From the NCBI GenBank assembly GCA_964016885.1, contig OZ024741.1, positions 23,684,001 through 23,748,000 on the forward strand: a stretch of 64,000 nucleotides of DNA, read 5' to 3'. This document shows, one piece after another, positions 30,112 through 39,800 of the stretch. A model generated the notes under the pieces. That model was not told the DNA's origin. It ran no database searches and was given only the letters and a program-made list of their open reading frames with translations. Positions within the stretch are counted from its first letter, which is position 1. Every line of letters begins with the position of its first letter. This DNA comes from Eledone cirrhosa (lineage: Eukaryota). The position numbers were made by a program, and so were the translations under genes.

Positions 30112-30362
30112 TGGTGAGTATAGAGGTGGCCCTGGGGCCAAGAACACCAGAGGCCAATGGTGGTGAATAGGCAGGTGGCCCAGGGGCCAATGGTGGTGAG
30201 TGGGGAGGTGGTCCTGGGGCCAAGGACACCAAAGGTCGATGGTGGTGAGATGGGAAGTGGTCCTAGAGTCAAGGACACCAGAGGTCGATGGTGGTGAGTA
30301 GGGAGGTGGTCCTAGGGTCAAGGACACCAGAAGTTGATGGTGGTGAGTAGGATGGTGATCCT
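30112..30362. repeat. Short degenerate ~49-bp tandem repeat (5-6 units, one 33-bp unit)
   Basis: Recurring unit tggtgagt...gaggtggtcct(a/g)gggtcaaggacaccagaggtcgatgg. Confidence 0.85.
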
Positions 30363-30547
30363 ATTAAAGGGAACAAAAAAGAAGAAAATAGATAATGAAA
30401 AGAAGAAAAAGAAAGAAGGATCAAGCGTCGAAAGAAGGGAGGGGGGGAGGGGTACTACAGCCCAGTCTGAGCGGTGCCTCAGTCATGCCTGTGGATAAGA
30501 TGACAAAAGTGTTACCACGGAGAATGACGAGAGACACCTGCTGCAAT

Positions 30548-30713
30548 CAGTGCTGGAGTTGGGACAAATGAGGCCCTGTGCTAATTAAGTTATGAAGCCC
30601 CAAACATTTGAAAATTTCATCATAAAAAATTTTTTGGCAGGAAGATGGGTCCCTCCTGGCCAATGGGGCCCTGTGGTTAAACACACCTAAACACAATGGT
30701 AAATCTGGCACTA
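30548..30713. mobile_element. hAT-like MITE
   Basis: Imperfect terminal inverted repeats cagtgctggagtt ... aaatctggcacta. The flanking 8-mers gctgcaat and actgcaag match 6/8, a possible target site duplication. Confidence 0.5.
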
Positions 30714-30826
30714 ACTGCAAGCCCAACATCCTTTCTACAATTAAAAACTATTACTTCTGAGAAGTCAACAATGTGTGTAAATACATAAATAGGTGAGGAT
30801 TATTAAACCGTGACATTAATACTTAC

Positions 30827-30864
30827 TCTTTCACTTTTTCTAAATCTTTAGGTTTGTGTTTCAA
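30827..30864 (-). CDS. CCDC61: CCDC61 coding exon 5 (38-nt micro-exon, LKHKPKDLEKVK plus 2 nt)
   Basis: Acceptor ttacctttcag and donor gtaagt. It is in frame (phase 0) with exon 4 and has coiled-coil-like composition. Support comes mainly from splice signals and frame. Confidence 0.7.
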
Positions 30865-31059
30865 CTGAAAGGTAATATTTGAAAGAGAACAGGACTAAGA
30901 ATCAATAAAAAAAAATATTTTAAAAACTAGTTACAATAATAACAATTCAATATTGAAAATGAAACATTAACTGTTTAAATCTTAACCTGTTCAAAATCAC
31001 CTCTATCAAATTTTACAAATTTAAATTTAAATCTTGAACTGAAATCTCATTATTACATC

Positions 31060-31110
31060 TAATGCTCAGTATGGCTGCAGTTCAATGACTGGAACCAGTA
31101 AAAGAATAAA
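31060..31110 (+). mobile_element. 3' tail fragment of an abundant SINE (cagtatggctgcagttcaatgactggaaccagtaaaaga)
   Basis: The same motif recurs at ~45903-45948 and ~63338-63375. Confidence 0.5.
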
Positions 31111-31121
31111 TCTAGTCGAGT

Positions 31122-31394
31122 CTAAAGTATGTCTCAAGCCAGAAGGCTCATCAGGCCGGTGTTTATCCCAGTTTTGTGGCATGAAGCGACTGAGATTCCC
31201 TCTGGACATGACACCAATCCAGCGCAGTATTAAACCCCCAACTATTGCTGGTAATCATTTCCAGCTGAGTATACTGGAGCAATGTGAAATGAAGTGTTTT
31301 GCTCAAGAACACAACACACAACCCAGTCCAGGGATGAAACCCATGACATTATGATCCTAAGTCCAACACCCTTACCACTAGACCACACACCTCC
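31122..31394 (-). mobile_element. tRNA-derived SINE with a V-domain-like core
   Basis: The minus strand starts ggaggtgtgTGGTCTAGTGGtaag (A box), followed by GGTTTCATCCC (B box-like). Internal ctgcgctggattggtgtcatgtccag resembles the V-SINE core ccctgcgatggactggcgacctgtccag as recalled. Confidence 0.8.
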
Positions 31395-31609
31395 ATATTT
31401 GTTATTAGATTTCCATACTGTTGTCTTATCAAGCGTGTGTGTACATTGATGTTCTCTCTCTTTCACTGCCTCTGTCTCTCTCCCTCTCCTCATCTCTCAC
31501 TATTATAAGCAAATGGGAGCCCACACGCTGGCTGCCCTGTAGCATCTGCAGACAATATATGATGTGTACAAACAGATGAGAGGTAGCACTGACCAAGGGC
31601 ACATCCCTT

Positions 31610-31841
31610 TACTTACCAGCCCAGCCAAAACCACCTCTGGTTCTATGAAACAAAACCACCCATTTTAAAGGTTTCCAATTTAAATGAAAAATCTTGCAAT
31701 ATAATTGTATATAAGAACTTTATATTAAGTTACTATCTTAGTAATGAAATAATTAATAATTTTAGTAAATCCCACAAAATTCTTCATTAATTAATTAAGA
31801 TAGAGTGTATTTCATTAGAAATACAGTTACAAAAGGGTTAA
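31610..31841. mobile_element. piggyBac-like (TTAA) MITE, inverted copy of 47192-47391
   Basis: Ends in aaaagggTTAA. The internal ~150 bp is the reverse complement of ~47230-47377. Confidence 0.75.
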
Positions 31842-31940
31842 TAATCAGAAAATTAGTTATTTTACTAAATCCATCTGAGTTCTTTATTACTTTTGATATT
31901 ATTTAGAAATAAGATAGCAAAATGAGATTAAGAGAAATAC

Positions 31941-32046
31941 CTCGTCTTTAAGTTGTTTTACTTCAGACCTCAGATTTACAATGATCTGTTGTAAGGAAGT
32001 GTTATTAGGTGTTGGTTTTTGATGTAAAGGAAGTGGATAGTGTATT
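31941..32046 (-). CDS. CCDC61: CCDC61 coding exon 4: (R)IHYPLPLHQKPTPNNTSLQQIIVNLRSEVKQLKDE
   Basis: Acceptor ctattgtttcag, donor gtattt, 106 nt, completing the phase-2 Arg codon. Matches vertebrate CCDC61 RIHYPLPLPYQGKPDPVVLQGIIRSLKEE as recalled. Confidence 0.93.
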
Positions 32047-32139
32047 CTGAAACAATAGCAGACAGTATTTGAATAAAGTACAGGTATTCTTTTAAATACA
32101 TTACAGCAGAAAACAATTTATATACATACATACATGGTG

Positions 32140-32745
32140 GCTGCCAACTCGTTTTCAAGTACGGCCACTACTTTATATCCATATAGGAGAACCCCTACCG
32201 ATGCGCTGAACGAGTGTGACTTTTTAGTCCAGCCTGCGACTTGAAAACTCTGGTACAAACACTACACTTGTGACAATTATTGACACATAGTGCTGGGCCC
32301 ATGGTACCATGTGACGACAAGTGCAGAGAGATCTCCAGATATAAAGCAATGCCTGTGCCGTGAAGCTTTTATAGTGAGCAAAGGCACTGCACAAAGCTAG
32401 TCCCACTCTCTTAACCAAGATGATATTTACCAAAAAGAAGAACAAGTCAACATCATTGGATACCATCAGGGTTGCAGGTGTTATATCAGAGTTTTCCTTC
32501 TCCTAGAATTCTGCCTTGACAAAGGCTAAGGGGTCATCTCTCCTGATGATTTTGGATGGCCATTGACTCTTAAGAGCTCCTTTGCTCTTTGACAGGTTTT
32601 GTTTTTAGTCCTGCAGGATGTCCAAAGTCACCCTCCTCACCAAGAAACCTTGGTGGGGTTGCCAGTTTAGTCGCCAACGACCCGACCATGAGACAGGTTG
32701 TACTGGGATACATGTTACCAGTAGCACCAACTGGTGACCTGATAT
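32140..32745 (-). mobile_element. Probable isolated 5'UTR of an RTE-type LINE (structured, non-coding)
   Basis: The minus strand contains ctaggagaaggaaaactctga, a motif I recognise from RTE leader regions. It also has several hairpins (accagt/actggt, caccaag/cttggtg). Confidence 0.45.
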
Positions 32746-32747
32746 GA

Positions 32748-32780
<33 letters not shown>

Positions 32781-32782
32781 TA

Positions 32783-33015
32783 TCATCATCGTTTAACGTC
32801 AATCTTCCACGCTAGCATGGGTTAGACGGGAGTTGTCCAATTTGAGGCAAGGTTAGTTGGGTGACCGTGTTTCGCTCATATAGGACTATCTGGCAGGTTT
32901 TCTATGGCTGGATGCCCTTCCTAACACCAACCACATTTACAGTGTGAACTTTTTGCCATACCTACATGGCCACATTACAGTGTGGACTGGGAGTTTTTTT
33001 GTCGTGACACCTACA
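32783..33015 (-). mobile_element. RTE 3'UTR/tail fragment ending in (GAT)n
   Basis: Reverse complement of the 29700-29940 tail: ggttggtgttaggaagggcatcc ... ccatgctagcgtggaag ... gacgttaaacgatgatgat. Confidence 0.85.
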
Positions 33016-33114
33016 CAATCTCGATCTCAGTTGTTTTTACATCTGCTTTTCCATATACACCTGATATTCCCCTTCCATACACATACACACGTTTGTGTAT
33101 ATCTGTGTGTATAT

Positions 33115-33220
33115 CGTGACTCATGCACTGTTCACTTTCTTGACATTTCTACATTATTCTATGTACTATACATGCACCTTATACCAGCACAATTATCTCT
33201 TTTTTGTACACTACATTGAG
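33115..33220 (+). mobile_element. LINE 3'-end fragment (L2/CR1-like), second copy at ~36150-36270 ending in (ATT)n
   Basis: actcatgcactgttcactt...attattctatgtactatacatgcacctt is shared with ~36152-36212. The second copy ends in tgtagtgcacctgagcactgtacacaataatttcattattattatt. Confidence 0.55.
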
Positions 33221-33701
33221 TGATGACTTGGTCTGTGATGGTTCATCCAGCCTATGCTAGCATGGAAAAGTGGATGTTAAATGATGATGATGATATACAT
33301 ACATAATCTCAGGTCTCGAATAACCGTCCCTCCCTACTTATTAATATTTCAGATTTTTTCCACCTAACACTCCACCCTGCTCTTATTCCACCCACCACCC
33401 TTGCTACTTATTAAATTTTGCTAATCTCCAGCAAAATTCTATTTTAATTTTCTTTATACATTAAAAAACATTAAACATGACAAAAAAAGTACATTACTAG
33501 AAATCCCATACATTATAAAATAATTGGTTGGGGTCTCAATATGTAAACTAAACTACTAATTCTGGTCTTTAAAAAAAATCAACGGAGACAACCTAGAAAA
33601 ATTACTGATTCCCCCCTCTTTCATTAGAAATCTGGTAATAAAAGGGTTAATGAAATTAAAGCAGAGTTAGTGGTGTTAATAAAACTTTAAGCTATACTAA
33701 C

Positions 33702-33859
33702 CTATCAAATTCAACTGTGTAAGTTAATATTAGATAGCGCTTGGAGTTAAGATTTGCAGTAGGTTGTTTCTCAGCATTGGCTCTGTTCCCAGAACGCTGT
33801 AGACGGAGTTGCTCCAGGTCAGCATATGTTAGTAAATCAAGGGTCACACTTTCACTTTG
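33702..33859 (-). CDS. CCDC61: CCDC61 coding exon 3: QSESVTLDLLTYADLEQLRLQRSGNRANAEKQPTANLNSKRYLILTYTVEFD(R)
   Basis: Acceptor ttttccttgccctag, donor gttagt, 158 nt. The SESVTLDLLTYxDLExLR and LNSKRYLILxYxVEFDR motifs are diagnostic of the CCDC61/VFL3 head domain. Confidence 0.97.
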
Positions 33860-34144
33860 CTAGGGCAAGGAAAATATCAGAAGAAAAAGTAACAAAAATA
33901 CAACATTATGACAAAATTGTAACATGTAAAGTAAAATATATTTTATGACATGGAGAAACAATATACAAAATAAGACAAAAGGATTTATTTAAAACCTTTT
34001 GAAAATAACCTCACTACATTGTGGCAAGGCACAATGATAAGTGAGTAGGGAAGAGGAATGTAAGGCTGTAGTAGGGTAGTACACGGAGAAGGGAGATGAA
34101 TTAATAGAAAAATATTGGACACCTTGCTTATACTAGTGTGTGGG

Positions 34145-34462
34145 CAGGGTTGGATTTAGACCTTGGTGAGCCAGGGGCACTTCAGGTTTTGGCAGGGGGG
34201 ATTCATACACAAAAAATTAGAATACACGGCAAACTCCACCACCCCCAATTTTACATATCAAAGTTAACTTGGCACAAGTAACTGGAATTGAAAAGTTATA
34301 CATACAGGTATTAAATTAAACAATTCTAACCATCTTGAAACTAAAAAGCCCAGCTGAGGGCACAAATAAACTCTAGGCCATTACTGGTGGGGCTCCCCAC
34401 TGCAGGGGCCTGGGGAAATTGCCCCCTTTACCCCCCCCCCCCCTCCATTAAATCCGGTTGTG
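34145..34462. mobile_element. hAT-like MITE with 8-bp target site duplication
   Basis: Ends cagggttggattta ... taaatccggttgtg. Flanks tgtgtggg (34137-34144) and tgtgaggg (34463-34470) match 7/8. Confidence 0.65.
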
Positions 34463-34766
34463 TGTGAGGGTCATTTTTATTTTGTTTCAATATTTACAAC
34501 CAAAAAATAGGGATTGGGGGTCACTTTTATACAGAATGTTTGGTTGTTAGATGACAGCTGAAGACTTGGTTTTGTGTATTGAATGAAGGATAAGTCAGTT
34601 GACACCAATATAATGATTTGCTTCTCATCAAAACATGTTGTTGTTGTTATGGCTGACACCAGAGGAGCTTTCTTAGATGTATTAATCATTAATGTCCTGC
34701 ACTACAAGAAACTGAATGAGCAAAACATTTGAGAAAAGTATACAACAACCATATGACTGCATCACA

Positions 34767-34971
34767 TTAACCCTTTAGCATTTAAACCGGCCATACCCGG
34801 CCAAAATTCTCTCACCTCTTTCTCTTCAAACCGGCCGTAACTGGCCGCTCATACTGACGTTAAGGTATTGTTCTCAAAATAAATAATATCAAAATCTCGT
34901 AGATTCTATATAAGCCTTTACCGTGAAAATACAATAGTAAATATAGAGTAATGTAAATGCTACAGGGTTAA
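34767..34971. mobile_element. piggyBac-like MITE
   Basis: TTAA-ccctttagcattta ... taaatgctacaggg-TTAA: terminal inverted repeats match 13/14, with TTAA on both sides. Confidence 0.85.
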
Positions 34972-35129
34972 TGGCTTTAATCTAATACTGCAAATGTTCA
35001 CGCACAAGTCAAAATACTATAAAATAGTAAAGATACTATAAACATTTAAATTAACAAAGGGCCCCAGATTATTACATTACCATTTTTCTGGTGATAGGAA
35101 GAGAGAGTTGTAATATAAAGAAGTCTCAC

Positions 35130-35212
35130 CTTAAGTAAAGCTGTTTTCAACATATTAGAAAATATAGAAAATTGTTTGAAGTTTCCAGTTTTGTGGGTGA
35201 GGTTTTCAATAT
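35130..35212 (-). CDS. CCDC61: CCDC61 coding exon 2: (Y)IENLTHKTGNFKQFSIFSNMLKTALLK
   Basis: Acceptor ttttccttcttatatccag, donor gtgaga, 83 nt, phase 1 to 0. Matches the CCDC61 motif IEDLTHKTGNFKQFNIFCHMLESAL. Confidence 0.97.
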
Positions 35213-35339
35213 CTGGATATAAGAAGGAAAACCATGAAAAGAAAAAAATATGAAATCAACTGAGAAATCAGATATAGTTCTGGAAGGATCCAGTTGTTCA
35301 TTCAACTAGATAGTTTGCTCATGAAATTAACATATAAGA

Positions 35340-35952
35340 AGGAACTTTAGAAGTGGTTGATAGCTTCTGCTATCTAGGTGATATAATCAGCAATGGAGGG
35401 GGGTGCTCTGAGAGCATAATAGCTAGAATAAGGATAGGATGGAAAAAGTTCAGAGGGCTACTCCCACTGTTGACCACAAAAGGTTTCTCCCTGTGTACAA
35501 AAGGATGACTGTATGACACCTATGTGTGCAGAGTGTGATGCTGCATGCTAGTGAAACATGGGCAGTGACTACAGAACACATGAGTAGACTGAAGAGAAAT
35601 GAAGTAACCATGCTCTGTTGGATGTGCAATTTAAGAAAGGCAGAGCTTGGATGAGTTGAAGGAGAAACTGAGTTTTAGAGGAATCTGAAGTGGTGTGCAG
35701 GAGAGAAGATTGCATTGGCATGGACAATGATCGATGAGTGAAGAAGTGCCAGGAAATGGCAGTGGAAGGAAGCCACAGTAGAGATAGACTAAGAATGACC
35801 TGGGCAGGGGTTGCGAGAGCTGACCTCAAATCACAGTCTCACAGAGGAGATGACAAAGGATTGTGACAAGTGGAAAGATGCTATGCTAAGAAGGACCCAT
35901 CCAACCCATGGAAGCATGGAAAAACAGTCATAAAAACAATGATGATGATGAT
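35340..35952 (+). mobile_element. Degenerate RTE LINE 3' portion with (GAT)n tail
   Basis: Encodes LEVVDSFCYLGDIISNGGGCSES, GWKKFR and SETWA with disruptions, then ccatggaagcatggaaaa...gatgatgatgat. Confidence 0.88.
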
Positions 35953-35954
35953 GG

Positions 35955-36060
35955 AGTAGCTGAATATTCCACAGATATTTGTGTCTATAACATAATTTTC
36001 AAGGAGATACAATATGACAGCATGTGTGACAAGGCTGGCCCTTTTAACTATAAGTACAAA
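35955..36060 (+). mobile_element. SINE 3' fragment, related copy at 60385-60505
   Basis: Shared sequence gtagctgaatattccacaga...gtgacaaggctggccctttt...taagtaca. Confidence 0.6.
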
Positions 36061-36284
36061 CCATACAACAGCCTTACAGTTTCCATCTCCCCAACTTCAC
36101 TCATGACACTTTGGTTGATCCTCCAACATAACAGGCACACATGTATATCGACTCATACACTATTCACTTCTCTGACATTTGTATATTATTCTATGTACTA
36201 TACATGCACCTTTGATGAGTTGTAGTGCACCTGAGCACTGTACACAATAATTTCATTATTATTATTATTTAAAGTTAAACAAAC

Positions 36285-36505
36285 ACAGAAACAGAAGCCA
36301 AATTGGAGGACATGGAAGCTGAGAGATATCTCAACTGGTGAAAAATTCAGAGATGACCTGCTTGACACTACAGTAAGGAAAAAGCATTAGAGGCCTGCAA
36401 CTTAGAAGAGCAGTGAAGATTCCTGTGAGATAACCTGCTCAAGGCTACAGACAAGATTTGTGACTGGTGGAAGGTCCCTGGGTGAAGACGGATGACATGG
36501 TAGTT
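36285..36505 (+). mobile_element. Degenerate RTE fragment (linker between APE and RT)
   Basis: Collinear with 37996-38225 (KQRPTWR..WKL..FKD..NLLEATDEVCGW..TWWW), with stops. Confidence 0.7.
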
Positions 36506-36538
36506 ACTCTTCTTCAGGGTAGAGTAGATGAGGTGATC

Positions 36539-36640
36539 TACAGTATTTACTTGAATATAAGCTGTTCCGAATATAAGCCAACTCCCCTATTTTATGACTG
36601 AGAAATGGACAAAAACCCAAACCCTGTTTATAAGCTGAGG
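36539..36640 (+). mobile_element. Possible left end of a pogo/Tigger-like DNA transposon
   Basis: TA-cagtatttacttgaatataagc with a repeated gaatataagc sub-motif. I did not find a matching right end. Confidence 0.45.
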
Positions 36641-36899
36641 TAGGTAATCAACACATTATGTCTAGATGAGGCAGTTTTGGAATTCTCATGAGTGAAGAAT
36701 ATATTTATGAAGTATTAATATTTTGATATTGAAATGTTTTAAATATCGTTTATAGTATAGTTTGCTTCACAACACCATTATTAGCGTTAAATTTTCCCTG
36801 CTGTATTAGCGATAAATTTTCGAGGGTTTCTCTTAGTAGTTTTTTCATGACGTTATTATTGTTAATTTTACTGATGTAGTATTAACTTGGATATTTACC

Positions 36900-39800
36900 A
36901 TGCGACCCTCAGTTCCTACCTCACAATTTCCCCCCCCCCCCCCCCCACACACACCACCATAGTCTATTCGACCAATCAAACCTAGCATGCCATTTCCACT
37001 GCTGCTGCTACTACCTGCCTAACTAACTCTCTCCTCCTCTGGCGTATCCCAACACACCCTGCCATTACCCCACCACCACTGTTCTTCTAGCCCTCAATTT
37101 TCCCACCGTTATGGATGGATGAGCTGGGAATACACGAGCAACTCTGAATCAATAGATGAAATATGAATCTGCGAGCTACCAAGCACCCACGTGAAGCGCC
37201 AACCCAGAGACCCTCCCCTACGAGTGTCGACAAATGCCCAAAACTCCGAGTTGGTACCATCAATGTAGGCTCAATGAAAGGAAGAGCAGGAGAAATCGTA
37301 GAAATGCTAGAGCGAAAGGAAGTTGATGTATGCTGTGTGCAAGAGACTAGGTGGAGAGGAGGGTCTGCTAGAGTCCTTGTAGGAAAAAGCCAGTGCTACA
37401 AATTTTTCTGGGTGGGAAATGACGATGGGATGGGTGGTGTAGGTATACTATTAGCTGACAAGTGGGTAGATAAAGTAATCTCAGTGTACAGGGTAAATGC
37501 AAGAATCATTAAACTCAGACTAGTCCTGAATAAGACAATTACCACAATAATATCAGCTTACGCACCCCAATCGGGGCTGCCAGACGAACTTAAGGATAGG
37601 TTTTACGAGTCCCTAATACACACTACTGCTCTAACAGACGACAAGGACTTCCTAATCATTGCAGGAGATTTTAACGGACACGTAGGTAAACACTGCGACG
37701 GCTTCAATAGAGTACATGGAGGCCATGGAGTTGGCACAAGGAATGAGGAAGGATTCAGACTTCTAGAATTCTGCGACGCCAATGACATGTCGATATGTAA
37801 CACAAACTTTAAAAAACCCGACAACCACCTGATCACCTATAGATCAGGGGAGCACTCTAGTCAGTTAGATTTTATCCTCATCAGAGGACGTGACAGATGG
37901 ACGGTCGTAAACACAAAAGCCTTCCCTAGTGAGGAATGTACATCCCAACATAGCTTAGTTGTCAGCGACCTCACGGTCAGAACTAGACGAGCCCTGAAAC
38001 AGAGGCCAACCTGGAGAAGAAAGATCTGGAAGCTGAAAGTCCCCTCAACCAGTAACAGATTTAAAGATATTTTACTCAACGCCTACGACAGTAAAGAAGA
38101 ACAGATAGAGACATTTAACGTAGAAGAGAACTGGGAGTTCCTAAAAAATAACTTACTAGAGGCGACGGATGAGGTTTGTGGCTGGAGTAAGACCTCAAGC
38201 AGGAGGAGAGTGACTTGGTGGTGGAACAATAAGGTAGATGAAGCAGTCAAGGCCAAGAGACAGGCATGGAAAGAATGGAAGAACGGGGGGAGCAGGGTAC
38301 ATTACATAGAGACCAAGAGGGAAGCTAGGCGACAAGTATACTTAGCTAGGAGGGAAGCAGAGGATAGAAAATTCAAGCATGTTTTACAACGTGAGGACCA
38401 GAAACAGGAGGTATTCAAGATTGCGAGGCAGTGTGTCAGAGATAGTTGTGATGTCATTGGAGAGAAGTGTATCCGGAATGATAAAGGTGAGCTTGCCCTC
38501 ACAAGTGCTGAGAAGAAAGATGCATGGAAGAGTCATTATGATAGATTACTAAATGAGGAGAATGCATGGGAAGAAGAGACCCTACCCCACGTAGACCCTA
38601 TAGAGGGACCAGCAGTACAAGTCAGCGGCAGCGTAGTAAGTAAGGCAATCAGAGATATGAAGATAGGGAAGGCAACCGGTCCATCGGGTATAGCTGCCGA
38701 GATGCTGAAGGCATCTGGGTCTGTAGGTCACACTATAACCACACGTATCGTTAACAAGGTAATACTAGAGGGGGCCATACCAAAAGATTGGTGCAGTAGC
38801 ATCATTGTCAACTGCTACAAAGGTAAAGGCGATGCACTAGATAGAGGAAACTATAGAGGTAGAAAGTTGATGGACCAGGTCATGAAAGTAACAGAAAGAG
38901 TTATAGCACAGCTGATTAGGGACCGGGTGAATATAGACGAGATGCAATTTGGGTTTGTACCAGGGAAAGGCACCACTGATGCCCTCTTCCTTGTGAGGCA
39001 ATTACAGGAAAAGTACCTAGCTAAAAGTAAGCCACTCTACTTGGCATTTGTCGACCTTGAGAAAGCCTTTGACAGAGTTCCACGTGCAGTAATCTGGTGG
39101 GCTCTTAGAAAACTAGGAGTAGATGAATGGCTTGTGAAAGCGGTACAAGCCATGTATAGGGGAGCAGTCAGCAAAGTTAGGATTGGCAATGAGTATAGCG
39201 AGGAATTTAGCGTACAGGTTGGGGTCCACCAGGGCTCTGTTCTTAGCCCTCTCCTGTTCATCATAGTCCTGCAGGCAATAACGGAGGAGTTTAAGACCGG
39301 ATGCCCATGGGAACTCCTGTATGCTGATGACCTCGCACTCATAGCTGAATCTATGGTAGAACTAGAGAATAAATTCCAAACCTGGAAGCAGGGACTAGAG
39401 AGAAAGGGCCTCAAAGTCAACATGACAAAGACTAAGGTCCTTATAAGTAGACGAGAAAACAGAACCCAGATCCCCTCAGGGAAATGGCCTTGCTCAGTAT
39501 GTAGGAAAGGTGTAGGTAGGAACTCCATTCTCTGCCCCAAATGCAAACAATGGGTACACAAGAGATGTAGCGGGATCTCAGGAAGCTTAATTAAGAATGT
39601 AGGATTCACATGCAGCAGCTGTGCTGAAACAGCAAGCAAACAGCCACAGGAAACAAGTACCACCAATCTCTGGGAGGGCCCTGTAGAAACAGTAGACAGC
39701 TTCTGCTACCTAGGTGACCGAATTAGCAACGGAGGTGGGTGCTCAGAAAGTACAATAACTAGGGTAAGAACGGGATGGAAGAAGTTTAGGGAACTACTAC

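Noticed and set aside
30023-30327. Pro-rich minus-strand ORFs or a sixth CCDC61 exon
   Set aside because: These are translations of the 49-bp repeat. Splicing exon 5 to the nearby ttaacacag acceptor hits a stop after about 14 codons, with no CCDC61 similarity.
31510-31583. Plus-strand exon after a pyrimidine tract
   Set aside because: Stop codons occur in all three frames before the candidate donor.
34477-34689. 70-aa minus-strand ORF inside CCDC61 intron 2
   Set aside because: No recognisable motifs, and exons 2 and 3 already join seamlessly in the CCDC61 alignment.
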